From Eledone cirrhosa (Eukaryota): a stretch of DNA of 64,000 bases. The stretch is taken from assembly GCA_964016885.1 (NCBI GenBank), contig OZ024751.1:48298001-48362000 (forward strand), given 5' to 3'. The notes under the pieces were generated by a model that saw only the letters and a list, made by a program, of their open reading frames with translations, was not told where the DNA came from and made no database searches. Within the stretch, counting starts at the first letter, position 1. Each line of letters starts with the position of its first letter. A program made the position numbers and the translations under genes. Positions 58,649-64,000 of this stretch are shown here, in pieces.

Positions 58649-58707
58649 TCACATTTACACACACACATACATACATACATACATACATACATACATACAT
58701 ACATACA

Positions 58708-58741
<34 letters not shown>

Positions 58742-59240
58742 CATACATACATACACATATACATACATAAAAACCTCTTAATTGTATTTAATCTTTCATA
58801 ATGTATGAAAAATAAAACAAATATAACAAGCAAACAAATCAAACATATAATTACATCTTATTTACAGTGAAAAAAAAAAAATACAAGTCTGACAACTCCA
58901 ACTGGCAAGCTCATATTTTTATGTATTTCATCACGCATTCTCCACTCATCAACTCGTCATAGATAACCGTATAACTGACAACCAACAGTTTATTACGAAG
59001 ACAAAACCCACGAAAGCATTTTATGTCATTCCTTTAATGACGTTTTTAATATTATTTCGTCAAAATATATATTTACCCACTTAGTTATATATATATATAT
59101 ATATATGGAGATATAAAAGATACAGAAGCGAAAACCAACCCAAACCAAACAGTGAATGTGTTCTATTATTATTTCTGGAAATATTATAACAATATGACCC
59201 TCTCCAAATATAACAATATCTATACATATATATATATATA

Positions 59241-59605
59241 TATAAAGAAAAAGAGATGAAATCGAAAATGCAACTGGAGTCTTATTTAAAAAAAAAAAAT
59301 ATATATTTATTTGGTTCCTTTACCGGTTTCGCAGTTCTTCTGCTTTTCAAAAGGTGAGTTGAGATGGAGGGTCTGTGGTTTTTCTCACTGTGAGAAAAAC
59401 CACAGACCCTCCATCTCAACTCACCTTTTGAAAAGCAGAAGAACTGCGAAACCGGTAAAGGAACCAAATAAATATATATATTTAAAAAAAAAATAAGACT
59501 CCAGTTGCATTTTCGATTTCATCTCTTTTTCTTTATACTTTCACTCGTGTAGGACACCTCGGTTATTTTTCAATTTGTAAAAAAAAAACCCTCACTTTCT
59601 AATAT
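59241..59605 (+). mobile_element. Fold-back Penelope pseudo-LTR-derived element, copy 2 (HHRs at 59424-59461 + and 59317-59354 -)
   Basis: Arms 59241-59388 / 59390-59537 and tail to ~59605. The right arm is identical to that of copy 1. Confidence 0.85.
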
Positions 59606-59705
59606 ATATATATATATATACTTATTAAAATAACATTAAAGGTTAAGCAAAGAATCGGTGCTTATCGAGCCCTCTTTGGATTTTAGTCTTCAAATTTATT
59701 ATTAT

Positions 59706-59740
<35 letters not shown>

Positions 59741-60114
59741 TATATATATATATATATTAGTAATTGGACGTCATGCGTTATTTCAGCTCTCCTCTCACGA
59801 ATAATCGAATTTATTGAGGATTTTTCGAACTACAAGTGACATATTTACTCCCACCTCCCGGAAATAGTGTGTAATTGTTTTCAACAAATAATTAACTCCT
59901 GCCATATCTATGCTTGTAGAAAAATGCATGTCAAACAGTGTGGTTAATCCGTAAGGTGAGCAAATGGGATCCCACGTGCTGCCTTTCCCACAGCCCCTGC
60001 GGACAGGATGGAGAAAGCTTGTTGACACTTTTCCTACTTCTCTGGCCGGTACGGTATTGATGGACCTCCCTCGGTTTCGACGACGAGTGTTCCAGTTGTT
60101 TTTTTTTTGTGTGA

Positions 60115-60375
60115 AATATACGTGTAAGTAGCTGAGTATTCCTTCCACAAATATGTGTAATCTGGACGTAGTTCTCAGGAAGATTCAGTAAAACACGTTG
60201 TGGGTAAAAGCTAGTCGTATGAGTGACAGGTATAACTCATTTTTGTTGTCAACTGAGCCGACTGGAGCAATGTGAAATAAAGCGTCACAAGGGGACACAA
60301 CGCAGTGCCGGGAATCGAACTCATGACATTACCATTGGCAGCCAAACACGCTAACCATTAAGCTACACGCTTTCA
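60115..60375 (-). mobile_element. CORE-type tRNA SINE
   Basis: GACTGGAGCAATGTGAAATAAAG...GGACACAACGCAGTGCCGGGAATCGAACTC...CTAACCATTAAGCTACACGC. Confidence 0.75.
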
Positions 60376-60467
60376 TGTTGATCGTCATGGACATTTTACA
60401 TCAGACAGTTTAGGCTTTGATGAACTCCATTCATAAACGAACGAGTTTGTACATCTGTCGCATTTAA

Positions 60468-60583
<116 letters not shown>

Positions 60584-61179
60584 ACACACACTTACACACA
60601 CATAAACACACACACACATACACACATGCATACACATGGATGTGGTCATGCCAACACATCTACATAAACACAAATATGTAATTATGTATATATATATGTG
60701 TATAAACGCTATATGCATATATGTATATGCATATATAAATATATAAGTTTATAATATACAATATTAAATAAATGGAAACTATATTTATAAAACCATATTT
60801 ATTTCATTATATATATTTCAGGGATAACATATTAACAATATGCCATGCCTTCCTCAGACAAAATACAATATAAACAGTTTTATAGATAAATAGATTCGAC
60901 ATACCGTAACAACATCTCCTTGGGAAGGTTGATTTGGTTGTGACAAAATTGTACACAGAGAGAAAGAAAGAGAGAGAGAGAAAAAGATATATATATATAT
61001 ATATATATATGAATATATATATATATATAGATATATATATATATATATATATATGAATATATATAAGTATGTACACGTACATACATATATGTATACAGAC
61101 GTACAGTAGTATGTATATATATACATACATGCACACATATATACATGTACGTATGGATTCACCGAACATTTATTATAAT

Positions 61180-61358
61180 TGTTTCTACTTTAGGCACAAG
61201 GCCAGCAATTACCCAGTGCATTACTGGTACTTTATTTTATCGACCCCGTAAGGATGAAAGGCAAAGTCAACCTCGGCGGGATTTGAACTCAGATCGTAAA
61301 GGGACGTAACTATGCTGGAAAGCATGGCGTCCGACCCTCTACCGATACTGCCAATCCA
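61180..61358 (-). mobile_element. Young SINE family A copy, TATAAT TSD
   Basis: Near-identical to the copies at 24136-24320 and 63145-63321. Confidence 0.9.
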
Positions 61359-61444
61359 TATAATGCTCGGTGTGTTTGTAACAAACACACCGAGCATTAT
61401 AATAAATGTTCTGTGAATTCATACGTACATGTATATATGTGTGC

Positions 61445-61551
<107 letters not shown>

Positions 61552-61894
61552 CTACTGTACGTCTGTATACATATATGTATGTACGTGTACATACTTATAT
61601 TTAAGTAACAGCCGTACTAAGAGTGGGAAATGAAATTTCGTTTCATTTTTTCCGTTTATGAATATATATTTATATATGAATATATATACATATGTGCATT
61701 CATATGTATGTATATGTATATATATACAAATACATACATATGAATGCACATATCTATATATATTCATATATATATATATATATATTATATACTGATATAT
61801 TTATATATGCATATACATATATTTATATAGCGTTTATACACACACACATATATATATATATATATACATAATTACATATTTATGTGTATATGTA

Positions 61895-61948
<54 letters not shown>

Positions 61949-62029
61949 CATATACATCTGTCTACCTATCTATCTACATACATACATATAAATAAATAAA
62001 TAAATAAATATATATAATTATATATATGT

Positions 62030-62117
<88 letters not shown>

Positions 62118-63087
62118 GCACATACATATATATACACAATTACTTATATCAAGCTGATATACGTGTGTAAAGCGATCTTGTCTGCCCGAGTGTTGCCTTT
62201 TACTTTGTTACTTAACGAGCTTACACAAATTAGCTGCCTAGTCAAGTGTTTTTAAAAAGATCGTCCATTTCTTACAAATAGTTGAATAGCACGGAAATGG
62301 CGGAATAACACGAAAGACTGCTCACACTGTTGGGGATAACTGATTACAAGATGGATGCCAATCTCATATCTCAACAAATGAGCGTGATTTGAGAATTTTG
62401 GAATCAACACATTTTAGCATTCGTGTTTGGAAACATTTTGCATAAAGAAATAGCTCTTACCCTTTTTTCTTCTTCCTTCTTCTTTCTCCTTCTCCTCTTC
62501 TTCCTCCTCTCCTACCCCTTCTCCTTTTTCTCCTTCGCCTCCTTACTGTGTGGGGAGGAGGAGGAGGAGGAGGAGAAGAAGGCTTCTCCCCCCCATTTTC
62601 TCCCCACCTCCCCTTCTCCCCCACATTTTCTCCCGTCTCCTCCTTCTCCCCCTTCTCCCCCCCACAACTCTCCACCTCCTACTCATCCCCTCTCTCCCCC
62701 ACATCTCTCCTCCTCCTCAATCTCCTCCTTCTCCGCCATATCTTTTCTCCACTTCTTCCTCCCCAAACCCCCTCTCCTCCCTCTCCTCCCCTCCTTCTTA
62801 TCGTCCCCAAAGACCACAAAAACAAACAAACAAACAAACCAAACAAACCAAACAAACCAAACAACCAAACAAACCAAACAAACCAAACAAACCAAACAAA
62901 CCAAACAACCAAACAAACCAAACAAACCAAACAAACCAAATAAACAAACCAACCAAACAAACCAAACAAACCAAACAAACCAAACAAACCAAACAAACCA
63001 AACAACCAAACAAACCAAACAAACCAAAAAAAACTACAACAGAAGAAAGAAACAAGTAAATAAATATTGTGTTAATTATTGTAAATA

Positions 63088-63321
63088 ATGGCAGTATCAG
63101 TAGAGGGTCGTAGTGGATTGGCAGTATCAGTAGAGGGTCGTAGTGGATTGGCAGTATTGGTAGAGGGTCGGACGCCATGCTTTCCAGCATAGTTACGTCC
63201 CTTTACGATCTGAGTTCAAATCCCGCCGAGGTTGACTTTGCCTTTCATCCTTACGGGGTCGATAAAATAAAGTACCAGTAATGCACTGGGTAATTGCTGG
63301 CCTTGTGCCTAAAGTAGAAAC
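63088..63321 (+). mobile_element. SINE family A with triplicated 5' head and 14-bp TSD
   Basis: AATTATTGTAAATA at 63074-63087 and 63322-63335. An older copy follows at ~63360-63570. Confidence 0.9.
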
Positions 63322-63644
63322 AATTATTGTAAATACATAGTTAACACCATAATTGTCTGTCGGACTACAGGTTCTGTGGCCTAGAGTTACTTCCCTTTAC
63401 GTTCTGAGTTCAAATCATGCCGAGGTTAGCTTTGCCTTCATCCTTATGGAGGTGGTGGTAGGGGTAGGATGGCGATAAAATAAAGTACCACTGTGGTCGA
63501 TTTAATCGACTTCTCCCACCAGAATCCCTTCATATTGCTGGCCTTGTGCCTAAAGTTGAAATAATTATTATCAATGTCTGTCTTTTTTCTCCTCCTCCTA
63601 CTTCTTCTTCTCATATTGCTCCTCCCCTTCCTCCTCCTCCTTCT

Positions 63645-64000
63645 TGATGTTGTTGTTGTTGTGGTTGTTATTGTTGTTGGTGTTGTTGGTGGTGGTGGTG
63701 TTGGTGGTGTTGTTGGGGGGTGTTGGTGTTGTTGGTGTTGTTGTTGGTGTTGGTGTTGTTGTTGATGCTGTTGTTGGTGTTGTTGATGGTGGTGTTGTTG
63801 TTGGTGTTGTTGTTGGTGTTGGTGTTGTTGTTGGTGTTGATGTTGTTGGTGGTGTTGTTGGTGGTGGTGTTGTTGTTGATGTTGTTGTTGTTGGTGTTGT
63901 GGTGGTGCTGTTGGTGTTGTTGTTGTTGGTGGTGTTAGTGTTGTTGTTGGTGTTGTGGTAGTGGTGGTGATGTTGGTGTTGTTGTTGTTGTTGGTGGTGG
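63645..64000. repeat. (GTT/GGT)n low-complexity array
   Basis: Direct reading. Confidence 0.92.

Noticed and set aside
59795-60148. 117-aa non-repetitive ORF, or a possible small exon after CTTTCCCACAG (~59993)
   Set aside because: No recognisable homology, weak donor site, and the ORF start overlaps a SINE tail. Cannot be supported without RNA-seq.

Overview
AT-rich, microsatellite-saturated eukaryotic intergenic or intronic DNA. The tRNA-derived SINEs, CORE-SINEs and extreme simple-repeat load suggest an octopus-like cephalopod; this is my inference and is not verified. No host protein-coding gene is recognisable, and almost all listed ORFs are simple-repeat artefacts. The real coding content is retroelement: a 5'-truncated RTE LINE with a long target duplication (10.5-11.8 kb), two decayed L1/Tx1 LINEs plus 3' stubs in (TATC)n, a near-intact R4/Dong-type RLE element in (CATA)n (45.1-49.3 kb), and a Penelope-like element (RT + GIY-YIG, inverted pseudo-LTR; 54.7-58.1 kb). 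There are also many SINEs, two hAT-like MITEs and a 21-copy 99-bp satellite grown inside a SINE. The most interesting signal is non-coding: a set of minimal hammerhead ribozyme (HHR) motifs, including a U3-A8 core variant (UUGAAAA instead of CUGANGA). That variant is shared by the Penelope pseudo-LTR and two ~290-bp fold-back elements, each carrying one HHR on each strand. Coordinates were read by eye and may be off by a few bases.
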